A DNA stretch of 64,000 nt from assembly GCA_013416795.1 (NCBI GenBank), contig RQSC01000026.1, positions 157,701 to 221,700 on the forward strand, given 5' to 3'. A program made the position numbers and the translations under genes. Each line of letters starts with the position of its first letter. Position 1 is the first letter of the stretch. The DNA comes from Prasinococcaceae sp. CCMP 1430 (lineage: Eukaryota > Plantae > Prasinodermophyta). Positions 10,358 to 20,580 of this stretch are shown here, one piece after another. The notes below the pieces were generated by a model. The model did not search any database and was not told where the DNA came from. It was given only the letters and a program-made list of their open reading frames with translations.

Positions 10358-12276
10358 AAGCAGCAACAGCAGCAACAGCAGCAGCAGCTGCTGCTGCTGC
10401 AGCGGCAGCGGCAGCTGCAGCTGCAGCAACAGCAACAGCAGCAGCGGCCGCAGCAGCAACAAAAACATGCGCAGCCGCGGCACATGCAGCCGGGGAGCTA
10501 CAGTGGCGCCATGGCGACCCCGGCGCAGCACGCGCCACATCAGAGCATGCCTGGTGCACCGAATGGCTACGGGGCGCAGCCCACAAATGGCGCGCCCTTC
10601 CATGGCAGTGCAGGGCCGCCGGGCGTGCAGCCGCAGCTCACGCTGCAGCAGCAGCAGCAACAGCTGCGTATGCAGCTGCAGGGGCACATGAACTTCCCAC
10701 CGCTCAGCGCGAGCGCCGCGTCGCCGCCTGGGGACAGACTGGCGAAGGGCAGCATGGGTGGTGCCGTGGGGGGCGCGTTCCGAGGGCCTCCGCTGGGCAT
10801 GCAGCAGCAGCCCATGCAGCAGCAGCACCAGCAGCAGCAGCCCATGCAGCAGCACCACCACCACCACCAGCAGCAGCAGCAGCAGCGGCAGTTCCAGTAC
10901 CATGGCCACGCCCCGCAGCAGCAGCACGCGCGTGCGCACCAGCCGGTCGCGTCGCGGACACATATGCAGCAACAGCAGCTGCTGCCGCAGCAGCAGCTGG
11001 CACGACCGCCGCACATGCAAGGCGCCGGCGTGTACCGCGGTGCACCGCCAGGGCACGTGCAGCTGCAGCAGCAGCAGCAGCACGGCGGCCTGGCCGCCTC
11101 CCAACACGGGCGCGCGCCGTACCCGCCGCAGCAGCACGGGGCGCGCCAGCCGCCGCAGTCGCCACAGCAGCAGCAGCCCGCACCGCCGCCGCCGCAAACG
11201 CGGCAGCAGGCGCTGTGGGCGGACCAGCGGGCGCGCAACGCCGCGGCACTCGCGTCCAAGGAGGCCGAGGAGGAACCTGACAACTGTTGTCCCTTGTGCA
11301 TCGAGCCGCTCGACGAGACGGACGCGAGCTTCGAACCCTGCCCCTGCGGCTACACGCTGTGCCTGTTCTGCTACGAGCGTATCAAGTCTGACCTCAATGG
11401 CCTCTGCCCGAGCTGCCGCACGCCTTACGACCAGCCCGAGCTGTACTATGAGAAGCTCGAGCAGGCGAAGAAGGAGGCGGAGGAGGCGGAGCGGCGCAAG
11501 GCGGAAAAGGCTGAGGCGAATGGCCGAGCCGAGGGCGCCGTGGACGCCGCGGGCGATGGCGCGGCAGGCGATGGCGCCGCGCCCGCCCCTGGCGGGACCG
11601 GCGCTTGGACGGTGGAGGGCGCGCTGTCGGCGCTCGCGACGGTGGCCGCCGCGCGCCGTGACGACGAGGCGGCCTCGCCATCCGGGGCGTGCGCCGGCTG
11701 CGGCGCCGCGCGTGGTGCGGCGACCGCGGTGGTGCAGCGCTGGTACTGCGGACACGCCGCCTGCCGCACTTGCGCGCCGGGGCTCGCGCTGTGCCCGCTG
11801 TGCTCGCCGGGCGGCGCGGTGGCGCGCAAGCTGCAGCCTGCGGCGGGCGACTTACCCTTGTCGTTGCCACCGTTGCCGCCACCACGCGCCGCGCGCCGAC
11901 GTTCGACGTGGCGCTCACGAGCGACGAGGATGAGGACGGCGGCGGCAAGTCGCTCGCGCAGATCGCGCGCGAGCGGCGCGAGGAGATCAGGGCAGGCAAG
12001 AAGGCCAGCAGCGCGGAAGGGGGCGGGGGCGCCGCCGCCGAGCGTGACGAAGCGGGCGCCGCCGAGGGGGCCTCGCCGGCCGACGGCGCGGCAAGCGATC
12101 GATCGAACACGTCCACAGGCGCACGCCCACACGCGCGCACGGAAGCGCCCCTCCTGGCCCCCACGCCCCTCCCACACGCGCGCGGCGCGCCGTGTGCCCC
12201 CCGGCCGCCGTGCCCCCTCTGCCCCCGCATCGCGGCCGCACGCGCCCGCAAGTTACGGTCAATACCACTAAAATAG
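10097..12276 (+). CDS. PolyQ-rich protein with a NOT4-type C4C4 RING and a second degenerate RING; frame switch or junction near 11885
   Basis: CPLCIEPLDETDASFEPCPCGYTLCLFCYERI..CPSCRTPY matches the NOT4 RING. CAGC..CGHAACRTC..CPLC follows. Coding-like sequence continues in another frame after about 11890. Confidence 0.7.
10263..10460 (+). repeat. (CAG/CAA)n polyglutamine tracts
   Basis: Visible triplet arrays; further tracts continue to about 11180. Confidence 0.95.
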
Positions 12277-12971
12277 GGTTTAATATCCAAAATGTACGTT
12301 CAATTTGACGTACTCGAACGCGGGCAGGCACGAGGGTGGGTTTGGGTTGGGACGAGTTCCCCCCCCGGCGCCACGGGCGGGTTGAACAGCGGCGGGACCG
12401 GATTTGACCCCAAAAAAAGACGCGCAATTCACCTTGCAGTCTCCGCATTTTACCATGTCACAATGAATTCAAACAATCCACGGAATTCACGCGGTCCGAG
12501 CTTGGCCTGTGCAATTGACGTGGGATAAGTATCCCGTGGGTAAAGGAGATGTTTTTGGTGATTTCAAATCATCGATGTTACCCGCAAGACTCCATCCCGC
12601 GTGTTTGGTTTGACCAGGCGTCACAGATGAGCTACGAGACGAGCGCGCTTCTCAGAACCCTACTAGAAAAACCTCAATATGGACTTGGGGTTGAGATCGC
12701 GGGCCCTGGTGCGATCGGCCCTCCCCCGGTTCTTCGACATGCTGAATAGGGTTCGCACGGGGCGGATGAACTTCTCGAACCCGGTTTAGTTCGTTTAGTT
12801 CGGGGGAAGGGCGCGCCGCGCATTGCGCGCGCGCGCGGCATCCTCGATTGCTATTGAACATGTATTACAATCCAAAAATGGATTCCATTTTGTACTGGAT
12901 TCCATTTTAAATCCGCGGGGAGCGCGGAACCCCGCGAGGCGCACCGCCCAGCCGCCGCGGCGCGCGCCGCG

Positions 12972-14690
12972 ATGCACGCGCCCGGCGCGCAGTTCTACCC
13001 CGGCGCGCCCACTTCCGTCACGGCCTCCCCCCAACAAATGGCGAACGCGCAAGCCTTGCAGCAGCAGCAGCAAGCGCACATGCAGGCGCAGGCCCAGGCG
13101 CAGCAGGCGGCAGCGCTGGGCTATCACCCCGCGCAGTATGGCGCCTTCGCGGGGATGGTCATGCACCCGATGGCGGCCACGGGCTTCATGGGCGTGCCGC
13201 CGGGCATGCCCCACCCACAGATGGCCATGATGCAAGGCATGCCCCAGGCCGCGCAGGCCGCGGCCAACGGAGAGGGCGGGTCCGCCGGCGGCGACGCGCA
13301 GGCGGCCGCACAGGCCGCGCAGGCGCAGGCGGCGGCCGTGGCCGCCCCCACGATGATGCCCTATGGAATGCCGCCGGGCGCCGCGCCGCCGCCCGGCATG
13401 GCGTACCCGCCTTGGGGCGCGCCAGGCATGCCGCCGGTGGGCATGCACGCAGGCATGGCACCGTGGATGCAGGCCGGGGCGGCGGGAAACCCGTACGCGT
13501 CGGCGAGCGGCGCGCAGGCGCCGCAGGCGCAGGCGGCCGCCATGCAGCAGCACATGGCCATGATGCAGCAGGCACACGCGGCGCACGCCCAGGCCCAAGC
13601 GCAGGCGCAGGCCCAGGCGGCCCAGGCGCAGGCCCAGGCGCAGGCGCAGGTCCAGGCGCAGGTGCACGCCCAGCAGCAGGCCGTGCAGGCGGCGCAGGCG
13701 CAGGCGGCGCAGGCCGCCAAGGCCGCGCAGGACGCCGCGGCGGGTACCAAGCCAGGCCCCACCGCCGGCGCTTCTGCCCCTGCCGCCCAGGCGCACGCTG
13801 CTCCGAACGCCCAAAAGCAGGACAAAGAAGCGCCGGGCGGCGCGGCTCAGCCGGCAGGGCCTGCCAAAGGCGACGCGGGCACGAGCGCAGACGCGGCCGC
13901 CGCTCCGGCGGACGCCGAGAGACCCGCAAAGCGCGCCAAGAGACGGTCGTCTGCGTCGCCTGACACCGACGGCTCGGGAGGCAAGGAGAGCACGATCGTC
14001 GACGCGGACGCGGGCGCGCACGAGAAGAAACCCGACGTCCTCGCGAACGGCAACGGCGCCTCGAAGGGTGGGACGAGCATTGCCGCGCACGCGGGCGCCA
14101 ACGGCGGCGGAGCGCCCACCAAGTCCACGGCGCACGGCGGCGGCGGCGGCGAGTGCGGCAGTGGCAGCGGCAACGACGAGGGCGGCGGAAGCGGTGACGG
14201 CAGTGGCAACGACGGCAGCGATGGCAGCGGCAACGAGGGCGACGGCAGCGCCGAGCGCGCGCGCGCCGCAAAAGGCGCGGGCGCGGCCGGCGAGGCAACC
14301 CACACGCCCCCGTCCTCCATTGCCGAGCGCAGCAAGAAGGGCGACGGTGGCGGTGGCAGCAACGGCAGCGGCAGCGACGACCACGGAGGGCGCTCGCCGT
14401 CGGACGGCGCCGAGGGCGAAGGAAGCGGTAGCGGCAATGACGGTGGCGAGGGCAGCAAGCGCGGCGTGGGATCGACCTCGGGATCCGAGCCCGCGCCCGG
14501 GCAGCGCGCAGCGGCCAACGACGCCGCGACCGCGCAGCCCGCTGCGACGACCGCTGCGGCCAAGCTCTTCGCTGCGTCGGCCGCTTTCACGAGCTACAAT
14601 CGCGCGGGGGCGGAGAGGTCGCGCGAGGGGAGCGTGACTGCCACCGCCCCGGCCAACGGGAACGCGACGAAGGGGGGCGGGGCGAAGTGA
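12972..14690 (+). CDS. Low-complexity Q/A/M/P-rich then G/S/D-rich protein, putative nuclear (PAKRAKRR); no folded domain recognised
   Basis: 572-aa ATG-initiated ORF with GC3 bias, downstream of an AT-rich island. Confidence 0.6.
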   Translation: MHAPGAQFYPGAPTSVTASPQQMANAQALQQQQQAHMQAQAQAQQAAALGYHPAQYGAFAGMVMHPMAATGFMGVPPGMPHPQMAMMQGMPQAAQAAANGEGGSAGGDAQAAAQAAQAQAAAVAAPTMMPYGMPPGAAPPPGMAYPPWGAPGMPPVGMHAGMAPWMQAGAAGNPYASASGAQAPQAQAAAMQQHMAMMQQAHAAHAQAQAQAQAQAAQAQAQAQAQVQAQVHAQQQAVQAAQAQAAQAAKAAQDAAAGTKPGPTAGASAPAAQAHAAPNAQKQDKEAPGGAAQPAGPAKGDAGTSADAAAAPADAERPAKRAKRRSSASPDTDGSGGKESTIVDADAGAHEKKPDVLANGNGASKGGTSIAAHAGANGGGAPTKSTAHGGGGGECGSGSGNDEGGGSGDGSGNDGSDGSGNEGDGSAERARAAKGAGAAGEATHTPPSSIAERSKKGDGGGGSNGSGSDDHGGRSPSDGAEGEGSGSGNDGGEGSKRGVGSTSGSEPAPGQRAAANDAATAQPAATTAAAKLFAASAAFTSYNRAGAERSREGSVTATAPANGNATKGGGAK

Positions 14691-14997
14691 CCGTCGCGCT
14701 GACCCACGGCCGGCGTGCGCGGAGATGCCCGCCTGGAAGAAGTAGCGCCAGAGGGAGACAAACACCGCGCGCGGCCCGACCGGACAGACGTTGCGCCGAC
14801 AGTCTGATCCGTGCTGAGACTTCGGGTCGCGCGCGCTTAGTGCACGACAGGCGACTCAGGCGCACGCGCGCGCATTCGGCGTGCGCGGCCTCAACAAAGA
14901 TGCCGCCGGCGGCCGGCGGGTGAGAGTAAGAGCACGTGATGATTCCATCGACCAACAGCGTGCAAGAAGTCAGTACGTTACACGAGGGGCGCGCGTG

Positions 14998-16970
14998 TCA
15001 GTCGAGCACCGACATGACGCGACGGTTCAGCATCTTGACCAGATCGGTCGTCTGCTGGTAGACCACGAAGCCTCCGGGCATGTCGCCGGAGGGCTTGGGC
15101 TCAGCCCCGCCTTTCAGAGCTGTGCCCGGGCCGTCAGCGCGCGCAGCGCCTCTCTCGGGCTCGGCGTCAGCGGCGCGTGCACACTCTTCTGACGCGCGGC
15201 GTAGCAACTCTCCGTAGGCAAACCCTTCGACGTACAAGAAGAGCACCAGTATGAACCGAACGCCCCTCCTCACAGGGTATCCAGCGTGTCTCAAAGGCCC
15301 CGCGAACGCTACCGCATGCCCGCAATCCGCATCGACGACCCGCCCCAGTGGCGTGCACCCGTCCGTGGGGTCGTGCGGGCCGAGCGCCTGTTGCGCGAGC
15401 GTGCGCGCGCGCACGAGGAGGCAGGAAGGGAGGTGGGGTGGGGCGGGGTCCGCGGAGCCCGAACGCGTCAGGGGGGGAATCAACAAAGCGCGCACGTCGC
15501 AGACGCATTCGCACAGGCGCACACGCGCATGAAATTACGCCCACTCCGACGCATGCACACCTCAAACCACGTGCCGCCGCCCTCGAAGTCCTCCCCCGGC
15601 TGGTTGAGCGCCAGCGTGAATGACATCGCAGACGTGTCCGAGTGCTCTGGCAAGGACAACGACATGTCCGTCTCAGCATCATAGCGCACAATGAAAGCGT
15701 CGTGGACGCGGACGCGCTCGCCACACGCCCCCAACGAGCTGCCGTCCGCCAGCAATGGATAAGCCGCAGCTAGCAGGGGACAGAGTCGCGTGCGTAGCAG
15801 CTCGCGGAGCCATCCGCGCAAAGACGGCACATCCTCTACGGCGACGTCGGTGGTCCGCACGCTTGAGCGACGGACGGTGCCCCAGATGCCGCCGCGCTCG
15901 CGTTGGATGTGCCCCTCGACTTGCTCGACCACGGCGGCGCACTCCAGACGCGTGAGCAGCGGGTTGCGCGTACGGAAGACGAGCTCGCCCCGCTGTGCAT
16001 GCGGGTCGAAGAGCGCGAGCGCGGGCGTGCGGTGCACACGATGTGCATGCACGCCAAAGCCCTCCAAGTCGATCTCGCGGTCGAACGCGCACACGCCGCC
16101 TGCGGGTGTGCCCCCGAGAAGTCCCGACGCCGCCTCAGCGTCGCTCGCCATGCACTGCCTCGCGGCTGCCTCCGCTGCCTCCCTGCCTCCTTCACACTCC
16201 CCCAGGAGCGCCGCCGTCTCCGTGCCTGCACGCGTCGAAGGCTTTGCATCCTCAGCCGCGGCAACGGCAGCGGCGCAGAGCGCCTGCGGAATGTTGGCGT
16301 CCCACACTGCTCGCTTGCGCGCCTGGCGGTGGAGGGCCTCGCTGTCGGGCAGTGCGCGCGCCCCCCGCGCCCACAGCGTGTACGCGGCCGTGTGATCGTC
16401 CGCGTGGATGGAAACCCAGCCAGCGAGGTGGAAGGCGTCCTCGCCGTCTTCCGCCGAGCACTCACCGCGCGCGTACGCGCGCACCGCGCGCATGCAGCAT
16501 TCGGACGCGGCGCGCTTGTTCCCGCCCTTGGCGTGTAGGCGCGGCCGGGTGGGTCAGCGCGTGCTCGGCGGCGCGCCCTCGCACGCGTGTCAGCGCGCGC
16601 GCGCTTGCCGACGTGCGCACCTTGAAGTGCAGCTTGGCGAGCGCGAGCGCGGCGGGCGCGCACGCGTCACTGCTGCCGCCTGCCTTGGCCAGGAACGCCT
16701 CGAGCGTCGCCACAGCCTCGCCCCTGCGCTCGAGAGCATCCAGCGCCGCGGCGTGGCACAGCGCCACCCGGGCTTCGCTGACGCTCGCATCGAGCTCCCA
16801 CGCGCGTGTCGCGCGCAGGACCTCGCAAAGCTCGCGCTCCTCCTCCGCTCGTCGGCGCAATCGGAAGCGCTCGACGTCCTCCGGCGTCGCCTCGCCCGAC
16901 GCCAGCATCGTCGCGTACTGCGCCTCGAGGTGGCGCTCCATCACCTCGTCGGCGTCGAGCGCCTCGCCCT
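14998..16970 (-). CDS. TPR-like plus Fe(II)/2OG dioxygenase (prolyl/lysyl-hydroxylase-like); introns 15388-15560 and 16527-16620; 5' end unresolved
   Basis: DAFIVRY..LPEHSDTS (HxD), FEGGGTWF, LRHAGYPVRRGVRFILVLF (distal His and 2OG Arg); helical repeats upstream. Confidence 0.82.
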
Positions 16971-16984
16971 GAGCGCGACCGCGG

Positions 16985-17173
16985 CCGCCGCCGCGGCCGC
17001 CGCCGCTCTCGCCCGACCACACGGGGACCTCGCCGGCCGGCTTCGGGTAGTCGACGCCGATGACGCAACCAAACTCCTGCTGCTGCTGCGGCGTGAGCCG
17101 CCACGGCTCGTGGCAGAAGGGGGCGGGCACGTCCTTGAGCTCGGGCAGCCACGCGCGCACGTAGTCCCCGTCC
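16985..17173 (-). CDS. C-terminal fragment of a cryptochrome/photolyase (CRY-DASH-like)
   Basis: DGDYVRAWLPELKDVP..HEPW..GCVIGVDYPKP followed by a G/R-rich tail; starts at single N 17174. Confidence 0.8.
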
Positions 17174-17174
17174 N

Positions 17175-18810
17175 GAGGCAGCCCGCGCGCGCGCTGGCCG
17201 AGGCGCACGCGGGCGAGGGCGGCAAGGCGGGCGAGGGCGAGGGCGAGGGCGGCCTGCTGGGCGTGCTTCTGGAGCCCGTGGCGGCGCACGAGCCCTCGAA
17301 CCCCTCGGCTGCGCTCTACAACGATGACCTGCGTCCCGTGCTCGCGGGAGAGCGCACGTTCGGCACGCTCGACCTCGCCGCGCTGTGGGTCGGGATTGTC
17401 GTCTGCGTTCCTGCGTACATTCTGGCCGCCAACCTCGTGCAGCTCGGGATGAGCTGGCTGACAGCGGTTGGAACTGTGCTGTGCGCCAACGTTGTCGTGC
17501 TCGTGCCGATGGTTCTCAACGGCCACGTCGGGACGAAGTATGGGGTCCCCTTTCCCGTCGCGGCACGCGCGGCTTTCGGCATCAAGGGCGCCAATGTACC
17601 CAGCCTCCTGCGCGCGGCTGTGGCGACCGGGTGGTTCGGCATCCAGACTTGGCTGGGCGGCGAGGCGCTGGGCGCGCTCGGCGTCATGGCGGCCCGCGCA
17701 ACTGGCGCCTCCAGCTTCGCGGCCGCGCTGTCGGCGCCTGTCGCCGCGCTGGGCATCACGGTTGCCGAGGCGGCAGGCTTCGCCGCGTTCTGGGCGCTGC
17801 AGGTGGCCATAATTGTGCGCGGCGTAGAGAGCATACGCTGGATGGAACGCCTCACAGCTCCTGTGCTCATTGCGCTGGTGGGCTCGTTGCTCGTGTGGGC
17901 ATGTACTGCCGCCGGCGGTCTCGGCGCTGCACTTGCGGCCACGAAAACCGTGGCCGCGGGCTCGGCCACGTACGCCACCAAGGGCTTCTGGGGGGTCTTC
18001 TGGCCCGCGCTCACTGCCAACATCAGCTTTTGGGCGACTCTCTCGCTCAACATCCCCGACTTCACGCGCTTCGCGCACTCGCAGCGCTCGCAGCTCGCGG
18101 GGCAGGCTCTGGGCCTGCCGTTTTCGATGGCCGCGCTCTCGTTCGTCGGAGTGGCAGCCACCGGCGCCTCGCTCGTCCTGTTTGGCGGCGTCGTGGCGGA
18201 TCCTGTGCAGCTCATCGCGCGCGCTTGCGGAACATCCGGGGGCGTCGCGCCCGCGCTCGCACTGGTCGGCCTCTTGGTTGCCACCCTGTCCACCAACATC
18301 GCCGCAAACGTGGTCGGGCCCGCGTACGCGCTGGTCAATGCCGCGCCGCGGGCGCTGACGTTCGCGTCCAGCGGCGTGCTCACCGCGCTGGTCGGCGCGC
18401 TCATGCAACCGTGGCGGCTCGTAGCGTCGACGGAGGGTTTCATATTCACCTGGCTGATCGGCTATTCGGCGCTGCTCGGGCCCGTCGCCGGCATCATGAT
18501 CGCTGACTACTGGCTGCTGCGGCGGCGTGCGCTCGACGTCGACGCTCTGTTCGACGCTTCGAAGAGCGGGGCCTACTACTACTCTGGCGGCTACAACGGC
18601 AATGCCGTCACCGCGCTGGTGCTCGGCGCGCTCCCGTCTGTGCCAGGCTTCGCGGTGGCCGCCGGTGCGGCGAGCGAAGGCACATTCCCCACGTGGGCGC
18701 TCGCACCGTATGACCACGCGTGGACTGTCGGCTTTGTGGTGGCCGCGGGCATCTACCTCGCCCTCTCAGGCGCCTCGCGCGCGGCCACGCAGCCAACCGC
18801 CGCCGCGTGA
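17175..18810 (+). CDS. NCS1-family nucleobase:cation symporter (PLUTO-like); 5' truncated
   Basis: LYNDDLRP..RTF, GTKYGVPFPV..RAAFG, GWFGIQTW, FWATLSLNIPDFTRF, TNIAANVV, IMIADY. Confidence 0.92.
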
Positions 18811-19048
18811 GCTCGGCGGCGCCCCCTCCCCCCGCTGTAATACATACGACGTGCACGCGCTCCGCTCTAAGTACAGCACCGCCCCGTTGCGGGCCGCTGC
18901 CGGCGCTGGCCTCGCCGGCGCTGGCCCGGCATGCGGCGCTGGCCCGGCACGCGGCCCTGCCCACCGGTTGCCGTGTGCAGGCCACCGTGGCCACTTTTGA
19001 TCAATACTTAGATGCATGTGTGCACGAGGACAGTCCGCGTCGATGCTC

Positions 19049-19280
19049 TCACGTTTCCAGCCACGTTGGCAGCAGCAGCAGGCAGGCAGGCAGGCAGACA
19101 GACAGACGCAGACTGCGCAATTGTGTGGGCTTCCGCACGGCGACTGCGCGCGCGTCCCCCGAGTTTTGGATTGTTTTCTCGGTGTCGTCCTCCCCACCGC
19201 CCGCGCCCTCGACGCCGAGCGCCTTCCTTTTCCTGCTTCCGGAAGGGAGCAGCGCGGCAGCGCTGGCTGGCGAGGAGCAG
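19049..19280 (-). CDS. Possible terminal exon of an unidentified gene (SRKRK basic motif)
   Basis: GCTGAC branch motif near 19337, CAG acceptors near 19263-19268, open frame to TGA. Confidence 0.3.
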
Positions 19281-19886
19281 CGCGAGCGAGCGAGCGAGCG
19301 AGCGAGCACGCAGGGGGGAGGGGGAGGGGTCGAAGTCAGCGGCCCGTACCATCGCAGGCGACAGAGCTTCGCTCAACACACCGCCGTGTGCCAAGAGGCG
19401 CAGCTGGCATCGCGCCGCGCCTCACGGGCACGTCCAACAAGGGACAGCTCGCTGGAGAGGGCGCTCGGTTCACCGTTCCAGTGCTCGCGCACAGCCGTAC
19501 CGCGCCTACGGCGCCGCTGCGCAGCCTGAGCGCCCCCGCAAACACGCCGACGTCACGTCGGGCGCGCCGCGCGTCCGCACACCCAGTTTTTTCCTATCGC
19601 TATTTTCGGCAGGCAGGCGCGCGCGCGGGCCGGGAGGCCACCCCATGGCGCTCCCCGCGCTCGCCCTCTCGACTCGCACGGTCCCTCCGGCGCGGACTCT
19701 GGAATCGAAACGCTACGAGCCGCTCGGCGCACCCGCAGGGAGCACGCCCGCGCGCCCACGCGTCCTCCCTTGTCCGCCCTCCCTCGCGCGTGCTCACACG
19801 CATCGCGCGCGACCCAAAAGCGTCCACCAAAAAAAAAAAAAAAGGCGACGCCGGCGCGCTCGCCACCGCCCGCGCTCGCGACGCAC

Positions 19887-19988
19887 CCCGATGGTGCGCG
19901 CCTTGGTGTCGTGGATGCGCGCGAGGCGCGCCTCGGCGTCTACCGCCCTGGTGCGCGAGAAGCCTGCCGCGCCGATGTCCAGGACCAT
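19887..19988 (-). CDS. First exon of a putative RIB43A/RIBC-like axonemal microtubule inner protein; remaining exons not found
   Basis: MVLDIG..EARLARIHDTKARTIG|GTGCGT resembles the RIB43A N-terminal R-x-x-R-I-F-x-x-K/R-x-R-x-I-G-V-D motif; short match only. Confidence 0.5.
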
Positions 19989-19996
19989 GGCACGCG

Positions 19997-20004
19997 AGGG
20001 GGGG

Positions 20005-20036
<32 letters not shown>

Positions 20037-20041
20037 AGGGG
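19997..20041. repeat. Poly-G tract of about 40 nt with G-quadruplex potential
   Basis: Directly visible. Confidence 0.9.
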
Positions 20042-20580
20042 CACGAGCCGCAGCGCGCTCTGGCGCGGCGCGGCAGTCGCAGCGTGCGCCCCTCGACGGG
20101 AACTCCGCGCGGATTGGATTTCACGCGCATTATATTCCGAATTTCTACCATACCTTTAATTGTTTTGACGGGCGCAGAAACCGAATTCGTAATCCAGGTT
20201 TTCGATGCCGGGCCGGTGCAGCGCGCCCGCTGCGGCCGATTTTGATTTTGATTATTTTTATTTCATTTTTATTTTTATTTCAGCGTCGGGCGCCGGATGG
20301 GGAACGGCGGCAGGCGCGGAGGGAGCGCAGGAGCGGGCCTGCTCCCTTCCCCCCCCCCCCACACACACACACACATCCCCTGCGCGGCGGTCGGAGGAAG
20401 GGGCGGTGCGCCAGGCCACACGCGCGCCGCGCGGCGCTTCCCGCGCGGCGCGCAAGGGCGGCGGGCCACGAGCTCGTGCGCGGGCGCGACCGCGGCCCGC
20501 GAGCGTAGCCACCCGCGAGCGCGAGCGCAACCGCGGCTGGGGGCCTGGCTGCGCGCGCGAGGACGCCTAAAGGCGCAGAC

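Noticed and set aside
7739-12271. 1510-aa ORF, and similarly 38978-43597 and 16408-18810
   Set aside because: High-GC read-through across gaps, introns and separate genes
12500-12620. snRNA/tRNA candidate in the AT island
   Set aside because: No recognisable U-snRNA 5' end, Sm site or cloverleaf
12795-14765. Long antisense ORFs overlapping real genes, here and throughout the window
   Set aside because: Expected shadow ORFs from GC3 bias and stop-codon scarcity
14998-17173. In-frame cryptochrome-TPR-dioxygenase fusion
   Set aside because: Only about 60 aa of the CRY C-terminus is present, bounded by a single N and a GGC-rich seam; likely a mis-join
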